Assembly (NCBI GenBank): GCA_050010515.1
Contig: JBEKKX010000042.1
Coordinates: 1-18,754, forward strand
DNA: 18,754 nucleotides
Direction of reading: 5' to 3'
Source of the DNA: Candidatus Bathyarchaeia archaeon
GTDB lineage: Archaea; Thermoproteota; Bathyarchaeia; Bathyarchaeales; Bathycorpusculaceae
Part shown: piece after piece, positions 1 through 7,403 of the stretch
Layout: every line of letters begins with the position of its first letter
Numbering within the stretch: position 1 is the stretch's first letter
Translations under genes and position numbers: made by a program
The notes under the pieces: generated by a model
Seen by the model: the letters and a program-made list of their open reading frames with translations, nothing else
What the model was told of the DNA's origin: nothing
Database searches by the model: none

Positions 1-11
1 TTTTTATTACT

Positions 12-122
12 CAAATGCAAATGTGCGAGCGTGTGTGCGTGCGCGTGTTGTATGAAGAGGTATAGGTATAGGTTGAGTTGAGAGTTGAGTTGAGCAGCTG
101 CCGGGTTTGGTTGGTTGGTTGG
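12..122. repeat. Cluster of short simple tandem repeats
   Basis: CAAATG x2 (12-23); alternating purine-pyrimidine tract (22-47); AGGTAT x2 plus AGGT (58-73); GTTGA(G) repeats (72-94); TTGG x4 (107-122). Confidence 0.75.
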
Positions 123-150
123 ATTAAATTTTAATGCCCCCTTCATCAAG

Positions 151-242
151 GACTTTACCACCTGCTTCTAAAGAAGGAAAGTCAGTAGCAATGAACTGCT
201 ATCTCTGAACCCTTTAGGGTTCAGAACGATTCTCAAAAAAGA
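151..242 (-). terminator. U-tract and hairpins downstream of the 253..699 gene (terminator or structured RNA)
   Basis: On the minus strand a T6 run (plus-strand A6 at 235-240) follows the stop codon. Then come a perfect 9-bp hairpin TCTGAACCC-TTTA-GGGTTCAGA (204-225) and two further stems. Confidence 0.4.
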
Positions 243-252
243 AGGTTGAGGT

Positions 253-699
253 TCAGCTTGCCACCTCGTAGACCCAGTCGCAGTCGCCGACTGGGCCTGG
301 TTTGCGGATTTCTTTCAGGCGGATGTTTTTGATTTTGAGGTTTTCTGTAAGCGCTCCCACTGGGAACATGGACATGGCGCAGGCAGGCATGATGCCGTAT
401 CTCTCTTTCACGAGTTTACCGTGGCATATGTAGCAGCCACGGTTTTTCACGATGTAATCTTGCCCTTGCTTTTCTACAGTAATGCTTTCAGCAAGCTTCA
501 GGTCGTCGCGGAGGTAGTTTGCGATCTGCTTCATCAAGGCATCTAGGTTTTTGGCTGGAGGTACGGATTTACCCCAGGTTTTTCCGAGTGCCATACTGGC
601 TTTTGCGAATACCTTCTGATTTTCTTCGCCCAAGGCGCCTTGAATTGCACATAAGACTTCAAAGACGGGTTTTTGGGGAATCATTTTCTCTTCAGACAT
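253..699 (-). CDS. Hypothetical protein, V4R / methanogen-output-domain-like, Cys-rich, with CxxCH motif
   Basis: 148-aa ORF with strong SD GGAGGTGA (707-714, minus). Helical N-half (ALGKTWG), then C89-YI-C92-H93, C107 and C140-DWVY, a spacing typical of V4R-type Cys ligands. The fold call is inference. Confidence 0.7.
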   Translation of the reverse strand: MSEEKMIPQKPVFEVLCAIQGALGEENQKVFAKASMALGKTWGKSVPPAKNLDALMKQIANYLRDDLKLAESITVEKQGQDYIVKNRGCYICHGKLVKERYGIMPACAMSMFPVGALTENLKIKNIRLKEIRKPGPVGDCDWVYEVAS

Positions 700-769
700 T
701 CTCTTCTCACCTCCCGCGCGTTACATTTTGAGGTTAGGAAAAGCCCAATTTTAGCGTTTAAGCTAAGTT

Positions 770-786
770 GTATATAAGATTTTGCA
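770..786 (-). promoter_or_regulatory. BRE/TATA promoter for the 253..699 gene
   Basis: Minus strand reads GCAAAAATCTTATATAC: A-rich BRE followed by TTATATA, about 70 nt upstream of the ATG. Confidence 0.5.
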
Positions 787-983
787 GGTTAAAAAAGTGC
801 CTACCGCAATGCGTGCCCGCAATCCCTCTCGATAGGCAGCTTGCCTTGAGTTAAATATAAAAATAAATGAAATCATGAGGTTGATAAGTTAATAACCGCG
901 CGCTTTATGTAATGCACTCAAGCAAAACGTGAAGTTTTGTATTATGTAGATAAACAAAAAGTATCAAAAATCACTGCCTAGAA

Positions 984-1538
984 CTATCTTGGCTTCAAGC
1001 TTTTCAATGTTCTACGAGGCTTTCTCTTAAGTTCTGTGCCACAAACTAGGCACTCCTTGGATGAGCAGTTGGCAGGGTATTCACGGTGGCACGCTGGGCA
1101 GTATCTTATCCACTCTAAAAGGCGCTTGATACCGAAAGTGGCGAGTGCTAAAAATTCTATTCCTAACTGCGTCGCAACATTCTGAATTGAATAGTCATCA
1201 GTAACAATTTGAGGCATATAACCAATTGCTTTCAATTCTAAGGCCAAAGCTAAAAGCTGTTTATCAGTTTCCGATAATAGGAACGAGTCGCCGACTTTAC
1301 TTGCCGACGCGTTAACTTTATTCAAAAATTCTTCCGAAGGAGCCTTAACCTTCAACTTTCCGTTTTCCAATGCTGTTTTAAATCTTACCAAAATCATGGA
1401 ATTTTTCCTTATTTCTTCTTCAACCTTGGGGACGGTTACTTGTTCTTCGCTTAGAGAGAAAGGGTCAAAGCCTGCCAAGAAAGCGGAAGTGTCTAGGACA
1501 ATGACTCGCTTGCATGGCTTGTTTGTCTGAGTTTTCAT
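984..1538 (-). CDS. nob1: Nob1-family PIN endonuclease with C-terminal zinc ribbon (16S rRNA maturation)
   Basis: PIN motifs VLDTSAFL, LSETD and TDDYSIQN; zinc ribbon CPAC...CLVCG. Confidence 0.93.
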   Translation of the reverse strand: MKTQTNKPCKRVIVLDTSAFLAGFDPFSLSEEQVTVPKVEEEIRKNSMILVRFKTALENGKLKVKAPSEEFLNKVNASASKVGDSFLLSETDKQLLALALELKAIGYMPQIVTDDYSIQNVATQLGIEFLALATFGIKRLLEWIRYCPACHREYPANCSSKECLVCGTELKRKPRRTLKSLKPR

Positions 1539-2383
1539 TCTGTTCCCTTAAAAAGTAACCGACTTCTCAATCGGTCATAAAAGTCGCTTTCGAACCGGAT
1601 AAAAGAAGTTACATTTTTTGATACAGTGACTTTTAACATTGGCTCTTTACAGTTTACAAGTTTACGGTAGTTTCCATCAATTAAAACAAGCATTTCCTTT
1701 GGCCTGATCACATTGAAGGTAATGGTGGAATCGGCTGGAAAAACAAGCGAATGGAACACAGTCAACGAACAGATCGGCGTAATAACGAAAGCATCTACTG
1801 CTGGGTCTAAAACCGATCCTCCTGCTGAAAGAGAATAGCCAGTAGAACCTGTTTGGGTAGCCACGATTAGTCCGTCTGCTTGGCACTTAAGAATTGGCTT
1901 TCCATCCTTGCAGATCTGCGTATAAAGTATTTTTGATGGTTCACCAGCAGAAATAACAACATCATTTAAAGCGTCTGGCATTGCTTCTTCGCCCGCTTTT
2001 ACAGATAGTTTAGCGCATTTTTCGATTTTGTACTCGCCTTTCAAGATTTTTTCGACTGCTTCGCAGGCGTTTTTAGGCTCGACTTCTGTTAAGAATCCTC
2101 TAACTCCCATATTGATTGCTAAAATTGGCGGTTCAGGCTTAGGCACCGTGATAGATGTTCGTAGTATTGTTCCGTCTCCGCCGATTGTTATTATGAAGTC
2201 GGTTTTCATTTTTGATAGGGGAATCATCTCTTCTTTTGTGGTGACTTTTCCTGCTAGGGTATCTTCTATGTAAACCTTCAGTCCTTTATTTTTAAGATAC
2301 TCCGCTAGCTCCTCGGTAAGCTTTAAAGCTGATTTTTTATCGTAGCGGGCGACTAATCCCACGCTTTTGAACAATAATTCCAC
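1535..2383 (-). CDS. nadK: NAD(+) kinase
   Basis: GGDGT motif, GVRGFL, LND, and ADGLIVATQTGSTGYSLSAGG. 4-nt overlap with nob1. Confidence 0.95.
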   Translation of the reverse strand: MELLFKSVGLVARYDKKSALKLTEELAEYLKNKGLKVYIEDTLAGKVTTKEEMIPLSKMKTDFIITIGGDGTILRTSITVPKPEPPILAINMGVRGFLTEVEPKNACEAVEKILKGEYKIEKCAKLSVKAGEEAMPDALNDVVISAGEPSKILYTQICKDGKPILKCQADGLIVATQTGSTGYSLSAGGSVLDPAVDAFVITPICSLTVFHSLVFPADSTITFNVIRPKEMLVLIDGNYRKLVNCKEPMLKVTVSKNVTSFIRFESDFYDRLRSRLLFKGTE

Positions 2384-2404
2384 CGTTCAGTAATAGCGTA
2401 AACC

Positions 2405-2461
2405 TTAATCTATATATGGGTGTTGTTTAGAATTGCATTGATAGAACTGTACTGTTGGTGA
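2405..2461. promoter_or_regulatory. Divergent promoter region between nadK and aIF5A
   Basis: TATATAT at 2411-2417 lies between the divergent starts; SD GGTGA at 2457-2461 precedes the aIF5A ATG. Confidence 0.45.
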
Positions 2462-2465
2462 GTGT

Positions 2466-2858
2466 ATGAGCAGACCAGTCGATGTCGGAGAATTACGCGT
2501 TGGCGGCTACATGATGATTGAAGGCGAACCCTGCAAAATAGTAGACATCGCAAAGTCAAAGCCTGGAAAACACGGATCCGCCAAATTCAGAATTGTTGCT
2601 ATCGGCGTATTTGATGGTCAAAAAAGACAGTTCGTCAAACCCGTTGATTTAGGCGCTGAAATTCCGATAATTGATAAGAGACCCGGACAAGTTTTCGCCA
2701 TTAACCCCACAGGAGTTCAAATAATGGATCTGGAAACCTACGAGTACCTAGATGCCCCATTCCCTGAAGAAGAAGACCTCAAAGCCAAGCTTGTCGCCGG
2801 CGCAGAAATCGAATACTGGAAAATACTTGGAAGAGTAAAAATCGTCAGAGTAAAATAA
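2466..2858 (+). CDS. eif5a: Translation factor aIF5A (eIF-5A)
   Basis: Hypusination motif SKPGKHGSAK; QIMDLETYE; 130 aa. Confidence 0.97.
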   Translation: MSRPVDVGELRVGGYMMIEGEPCKIVDIAKSKPGKHGSAKFRIVAIGVFDGQKRQFVKPVDLGAEIPIIDKRPGQVFAINPTGVQIMDLETYEYLDAPFPEEEDLKAKLVAGAEIEYWKILGRVKIVRVK

Positions 2859-2861
2859 TCA

Positions 2862-2891
2862 ATTAGCAAATTGCTAATCTTTTCTCTTCTC
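2862..2891 (+). terminator. Palindrome plus pyrimidine tract between convergent genes
   Basis: ATTAGCAA-A-TTGCTAAT (2862-2878) followed by CTTTTCTCTTCTC. Confidence 0.45.
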
Positions 2892-2923
2892 ACTTATCTG
2901 AGCGTTTGTCTGTTATTTGTTTT

Positions 2924-3124
2924 CTAGTTCCACCAAGTCCAACCGAGCTTTTTGAAGCTAAGGTACATTGCTAAGAGAATTATTCCCCAGCTTAATGGAA
3001 TGCTTCCGATTACGAGTATGAGGTTAGCTTGCAGGTAAGTGTAACTTGCCCAAGCACTTAAAACCGTTAAACCTACAAGTAACAAAACAAAAATACCTGC
3101 GTGGATTGCTCGTTCTGCCGTCAA
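2924..3124 (-). CDS. Small membrane protein with two predicted TM helices
   Basis: 66 aa with two hydrophobic segments and a basic/Trp-rich C-terminus (KKLGWTWWN). TTG start preceded by SD-like GGGTG. Confidence 0.6.
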   Translation of the reverse strand: MTAERAIHAGIFVLLLVGLTVLSAWASYTYLQANLILVIGSIPLSWGIILLAMYLSFKKLGWTWWN

Positions 3125-3213
3125 CTATTACACCCAAGTTATTTACCAGTATTCCCCTGCATTGTTAAAAGATTTTCCGTTAATGTTTATTTTCTAGTTG
3201 GATCCTTTTTTGT

Positions 3214-3280
3214 TGAAGCCAATGATGCATGAAGAGCCGTCTGAATTGTGAAGAATGCTTAATGGGGAACTGAGGCTTCA
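3214..3280 (+). ncRNA. Box C/D methylation-guide sRNA
   Basis: 7-bp terminal stem TGAAGCC/GGCTTCA. Box C ATGATGC (3222-3228), 12-nt guide, D' CTGA (3241-3244), C' GTGAAGA (3248-3254), 15-nt guide, D CTGA (3270-3273). Intergenic, 67 nt. Confidence 0.85.
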
Positions 3281-3415
3281 TAGACTTAACGCACTTTTCT
3301 CTAAGCAAAAAAGGCGTATCTTAAGGATAATCGAAAAAATTAGGCGCATTATCTTGTTTTTTAGCTGTAATCTTTATTTAAAAGAATTACAGAATGTTTA
3401 AGGCTGGAGACTCTG

Positions 3416-4759
3416 ATGGCGCTAGACAAGTTAGGTTCTTCTCTAACCGACGCTATAAAAAAACTGTTTAAGGCTAGCGTAGTGGACGAAGCCACAGTGA
3501 AAGAACTTGTCCGTGACATACAAAGAGCTTTACTTCAAGCAGATGTTAATGTTCAACTTGTCCTTGAAATTTCCAAGCGCATAGAAGAGCGAGCATTAAA
3601 AGAAAAAGTTCCTCCTGGCATTTCAAGACGCGAGCACGTTATCAAAGTTGTTTACGAAGAGTTAACGCGTTTTGTCGGTGATAAGCCTGTTCCTATCAAG
3701 ATGGAGCCTGGAAAAAGGGAAATCATAATGCTTGTTGGAATCCAAGGCTCAGGAAAAACCACGCAAGCCGCAAAACTGGCACGGTATTTCCAGAAAAGAG
3801 GGCTAAAGCCAGCGTTGATTTGCGCTGACACTTTTCGCCCCGGCGCGTTTGCTCAGCTTCAGCAATTGGCCGCTAGAATAAATATTCCAATTTATGGCGA
3901 CTTGAAAGCTAAAGACCCCATCAAAGTCGTCAAGGAAGGGTTAAAACAGTTCAACGACAGGGACTTGATAATCGTTGACACGTCAGGTAGGCACAAAGAA
4001 GAGAAAACTCTAATCAAAGAAATGAAGGACCTCGAAAAACACCTCAAACCTGACGAAGTCATCATGGTTATTGACGGCACCATCGGTCAACAAGCCCTTA
4101 TTCAAGCCAAAACGTTCCATGAAGCAACACCCATAGGCGCAATTATCGTAACAAAACTCGACGGTTCCTCGAGAGGAGGAGGCGCGCTTTCAGCAGTTGC
4201 AGCAACGGGCGCTCCCATAAAGTTTATTGGTACAGGCGAAAAAATCGAAGATATCGAGGCGTTTATTCCCTCACGTTTTGTCGGTCGACTCCTAGGCATG
4301 GGCGATTTAGAAACACTGTTAGAAAAGGTGCATGATGCCGAAATTAAGGTTCCGCCAAAAAAAGCCAAGGAAATACTCAGCGGAAATTTCACCCTGACAG
4401 ACATGTACGAGCAGTTCCAAGCCCTCAAAAAAATGGGTCCCTTCAGTAAAGTGCTAAAGATGTTACCCGGAATGTCTTCTGATATTCCACAAGACATGCT
4501 CAATACAGCTGAAGGCCGCTTGGATAAATGGGGAGTAATAATCCAATCCATGACACCTAAAGAAAGGGAAAACCCCAAAATATTGAACTCTTCTCGGGCA
4601 AAACGTGTGGCACGCGGTTCAGGAACAACTGAAAAAGAAGTTAAAGAACTCCTCAAGCAGTATGTAATGATGCGTAAAATGCTAAAGACGTTTAAGCGAA
4701 AAAAGAAACTGCCCTTCGGACTCGGCGGACAAGGAATGCCCGCGACTTTCGGCAGGTAG
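3416..4759 (+). CDS. srp54: Signal recognition particle protein SRP54
   Basis: ALLQADV, GIQGSGKTT P-loop, DTFRPGA, DTSGR, TKLDG, and a Met-rich M domain with RVARGSG. Confidence 0.98.
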   Translation: MALDKLGSSLTDAIKKLFKASVVDEATVKELVRDIQRALLQADVNVQLVLEISKRIEERALKEKVPPGISRREHVIKVVYEELTRFVGDKPVPIKMEPGKREIIMLVGIQGSGKTTQAAKLARYFQKRGLKPALICADTFRPGAFAQLQQLAARINIPIYGDLKAKDPIKVVKEGLKQFNDRDLIIVDTSGRHKEEKTLIKEMKDLEKHLKPDEVIMVIDGTIGQQALIQAKTFHEATPIGAIIVTKLDGSSRGGGALSAVAATGAPIKFIGTGEKIEDIEAFIPSRFVGRLLGMGDLETLLEKVHDAEIKVPPKKAKEILSGNFTLTDMYEQFQALKKMGPFSKVLKMLPGMSSDIPQDMLNTAEGRLDKWGVIIQSMTPKERENPKILNSSRAKRVARGSGTTEKEVKELLKQYVMMRKMLKTFKRKKKLPFGLGGQGMPATFGR

Positions 4760-4769
4760 GCTTCATGAA

Positions 4770-6104
4770 ATGGATATACTTGAAAAAGCGTTTGAACTTC
4801 TCAGCAAATATCCCCTCTGCGACCACTGCCTTGGCAGACAATTTGCTTCGCTTGGTTACAGCATGGAAAATAACGTTCGAGGCTCAGCATTAAAAATCAG
4901 TTTAACCTTGCAAGCCAACGACCTTGCCAAAGAAAAAAACCTTGATGGCATTAAGCAACTTAAAATTTTGGCGACTAATGGTTTTTCAAAAGAAGCACAA
5001 GAAACCCTAAAACACCTCAAGAAACGCGTTCCTAAAAAAGGCTTGGACGCCGAGTGTTTTCTTTGTGAAGGCAAGTTTGAGCTTATTAACAGCTTAACCG
5101 AGAAGTCCTTAGGCGCTATTGAAGGTTATGAGTTTACAACGTTCCTTGTAGGAATTGAATTACCAGTTAAGGTCGAGGAACGTGAGGACGAATTTAAGGC
5201 TGCCTTCAACCTCGGCTATAGCGAAAGTATAAAACATGAATTTGGACGATTATTCGGCAAAGCGCTTGCCATACGCGCTGGTAAAGAAGTGGAATACTTA
5301 AAGCCTGACATGGTCGTAGTAATCAACCCTTTCCTCGAGAAGGTGCGAGTTCAGGTTAACCCGCTTTTTGTCGCTGGCAGGTACCGTAAGCTGGTGCGTG
5401 ACATTCCACAGTCAAAATGGTTCTGTTCCAGTTGCCGTGGAAGAGGTTGTGAGAAGTGCGGTGGAACCGGCAAATTGTATCCTGAATCGGTTGAGGAGCT
5501 CTCTTCAAAGCCCCTGTTGGAAGCAACTGAGGGTGAAAAAACAGCGTTTCATGCTTCTGGTCGCGAGGATATTGATGCTCGGATGTTGGGTGCTGGTCGG
5601 CCTTTTGTTATTGAGGTTTCTAAGCCTAAGAAGCGGTTTGTTGATTTGAAGGAAATTGAAGCCAAAGTCAATGCTGATGCTGTGGGTAAGGTTGAGGTTT
5701 CGCGGTTGCGTTTTACCACTAAGGATGTGGTCAGGCGGCTCAAGAAGGGTGAAGGCGCGCAGAAAGAGTATCGGTTGCTGGCTGAGTTTGAGAACGAGGT
5801 TTCTGATGAGGGTTTGCGGATGTTGGAAGAGACGCTTAGCGGCTCTTTAATTAAGCAGCAGACGCCTCTGCGGGTTTTGCATAGGAGGGCGGATTTAATC
5901 CGAGAAAGGTACATATATAAGGTTAAAGTTAAGAAGGTGTCGCTTAAGAGAGCTCTGATGGAAATTCGTTGCCAAGGCGGCCTCTATGTTAAGGAATTGG
6001 TATCTGGAGATGAAGGAAGAACAATACCGAACGTTTCAGATTTGCTTGGAAACAGAGGGAAGACGCTTAAGCTTGACGTTTTAAAAATTATAATGGATGA
6101 TTAA
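4770..6104 (+). CDS. pus10: tRNA pseudouridine(54/55) synthase Pus10
   Basis: N-terminal LCDHCLGR...CFLC, GRYRKLVRDIPQ, catalytic GREDIDARMLG, QQTPLRVLHRR and GGLYVKELVSGD. Confidence 0.96.
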   Translation: MDILEKAFELLSKYPLCDHCLGRQFASLGYSMENNVRGSALKISLTLQANDLAKEKNLDGIKQLKILATNGFSKEAQETLKHLKKRVPKKGLDAECFLCEGKFELINSLTEKSLGAIEGYEFTTFLVGIELPVKVEEREDEFKAAFNLGYSESIKHEFGRLFGKALAIRAGKEVEYLKPDMVVVINPFLEKVRVQVNPLFVAGRYRKLVRDIPQSKWFCSSCRGRGCEKCGGTGKLYPESVEELSSKPLLEATEGEKTAFHASGREDIDARMLGAGRPFVIEVSKPKKRFVDLKEIEAKVNADAVGKVEVSRLRFTTKDVVRRLKKGEGAQKEYRLLAEFENEVSDEGLRMLEETLSGSLIKQQTPLRVLHRRADLIRERYIYKVKVKKVSLKRALMEIRCQGGLYVKELVSGDEGRTIPNVSDLLGNRGKTLKLDVLKIIMDD

Positions 6105-6122
6105 GAAAAAGGTGAAAATTGG

Positions 6123-6428
6123 ATGAGAGGTTCAAAAGGATATTACTCTGGGACTCGCAGTCTTCTGAAAAAGGCAACCAGGGATAAAGGTAAGCCGAAA
6201 ATTAGCAAATTACTTCAGGAATATCAGCCTGGGTCTCAAGTGATAATAAGGATGGATTCTAGCGTACAGAAGAGTATGCCTCATAAACGGTTCCACGGTA
6301 AGATAGGCACCATAATTGAAAAGCGGGGTCGAGGGTACGTAATTCGCGTGCCTCAAGGTAATTCTATTAAAGAAATCATTGTTCGCTCTGAACATATAGA
6401 GTCGTACATGGGCAGTGGAGAAAAATGA
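6123..6428 (+). CDS. rpl21e: 50S ribosomal protein L21e
   Basis: MPHKRFHGKIG motif; conserved position before rpo4. Confidence 0.95.
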   Translation: MRGSKGYYSGTRSLLKKATRDKGKPKISKLLQEYQPGSQVIIRMDSSVQKSMPHKRFHGKIGTIIEKRGRGYVIRVPQGNSIKEIIVRSEHIESYMGSGEK

Positions 6429-6763
6429 GCAAGAGGGAAATAAGCGAAAGTCGCTTGACATTACCACAGGTTAAGAAGATATTAGGGGATATTGGCGAAG
6501 AAAATCTAGACCAGTTCCAGCGCCGAACATTAGATTATGTGAACAAGTTCTCCAAAGTTGATCCTGAGAAGGCTGAAGAGCTCTTGCAAACTCTTGTTAA
6601 AGAATACGAAATTGACGAAGCTGAAGCGGTTCAAATTATAAATTGTATGCCTGAAACTGTTGATGAGCTGAGGGTTTTCTTAGCTGGCGGTCGCAAGATT
6701 ATCGAGACTGCAAAATTACACGCTATAGTTGCGCTTTTGAATGAGAATAGAATTTTGAAGTAG
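6425..6763 (+). CDS. rpo4: RNA polymerase subunit Rpo4 (RpoF)
   Basis: RTLDYVNKFSK and AVQIINCMPETVDELR (Rpb4 family); synteny rpl21e-rpoF-DUF655. Confidence 0.92.
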   Translation: MSKREISESRLTLPQVKKILGDIGEENLDQFQRRTLDYVNKFSKVDPEKAEELLQTLVKEYEIDEAEAVQIINCMPETVDELRVFLAGGRKIIETAKLHAIVALLNENRILK

Positions 6764-6816
6764 CGGAAAGCGGCTAAGTATTTTTAAGCAGTAAGCGCAA
6801 TAGACTAGAGGGCTTA

Positions 6817-7392
6817 GTGACTGTTATGGAAAAGCGGTATGAAGAGTACGCTTACGTGTTAGATTTCCTACCACATGGCAAGCCAGGGTTCCGTCCGAGT
6901 GGGCGGGCAGGCTACCGAGCGGGAGCTTTAATTCAATGCGTGGGTGAAGAATTTTTTACGCTTTTGGAGGCTTTGGTGAAAGAGGGTTTAATGCTTAAGC
7001 CCAGCGACCGCGTGTACGTGGGAAAGGATTCTCGTGAAGAGGTTACGTACATTATTGGCCGCATTGGTTTTGAAGAGTTAACCGCATCCGCTAAAGCGGA
7101 GCTTCCAAGTGTGATAAGCCTTATAGTGAAGAATCGTGAAAAATGGTTTGTGAACTTTTTCAACACCACACGAGCAGTTACCCCTCGTATGCATGCTTTA
7201 GAGCTTGTTCCAGGTATCGGCAAGAAGTATATGTGGCAGGTTATCAATGAGCGTGCTCGAAAGCCGTTTGAGAGTTTTGAAGATTTGCAGAAGCGAACAG
7301 AGTTGCCTAATCCTGTAAAGTTGATTACTAAGCGAGTTATGGAAGAACTTGATGGCGACAGCAAGTACCGATTGTTCACCAGGACGCAGTAA
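6817..7392 (+). CDS. DUF655 family putative RNA-binding protein (COG1491)
   Basis: EEYAYVLDFL, GEEFFTLLE, and HhH motif RMHALELVPGIGKK; synteny. The start may be the ATG at 6826. Confidence 0.9.
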   Translation: MTVMEKRYEEYAYVLDFLPHGKPGFRPSGRAGYRAGALIQCVGEEFFTLLEALVKEGLMLKPSDRVYVGKDSREEVTYIIGRIGFEELTASAKAELPSVISLIVKNREKWFVNFFNTTRAVTPRMHALELVPGIGKKYMWQVINERARKPFESFEDLQKRTELPNPVKLITKRVMEELDGDSKYRLFTRTQ

Positions 7393-7403
7393 GGCATAAA
7401 GCG

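Noticed and set aside
173-185. GAAGGAAAGTC resembling RNase P RNA CR-I (GAGGAAAGUCC)
   Set aside because: The match is imperfect, no CR-V partner is present, and there is no room for the RNA before the adjacent gene.
253-255. UGA stop followed by hairpins as possible selenocysteine readthrough
   Set aside because: Readthrough adds only 12 more codons before a TAA, and no recognisable SECIS motif is present.
798-839. TGCCTA/TAGGCA inverted repeat enclosing two CCGCAAT copies
   Set aside because: The elements are short and could arise by chance; no supporting context.
3125-3415. SRP (7S) RNA upstream of srp54
   Set aside because: The region is AT-rich with no helix 8 or Alu motifs; the structured part is explained by the C/D sRNA.
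5560-5900. G/T-skewed stretch within pus10
   Set aside because: The protein remains colinear with the Pus10 motifs and there is no sign of an intein or insertion.
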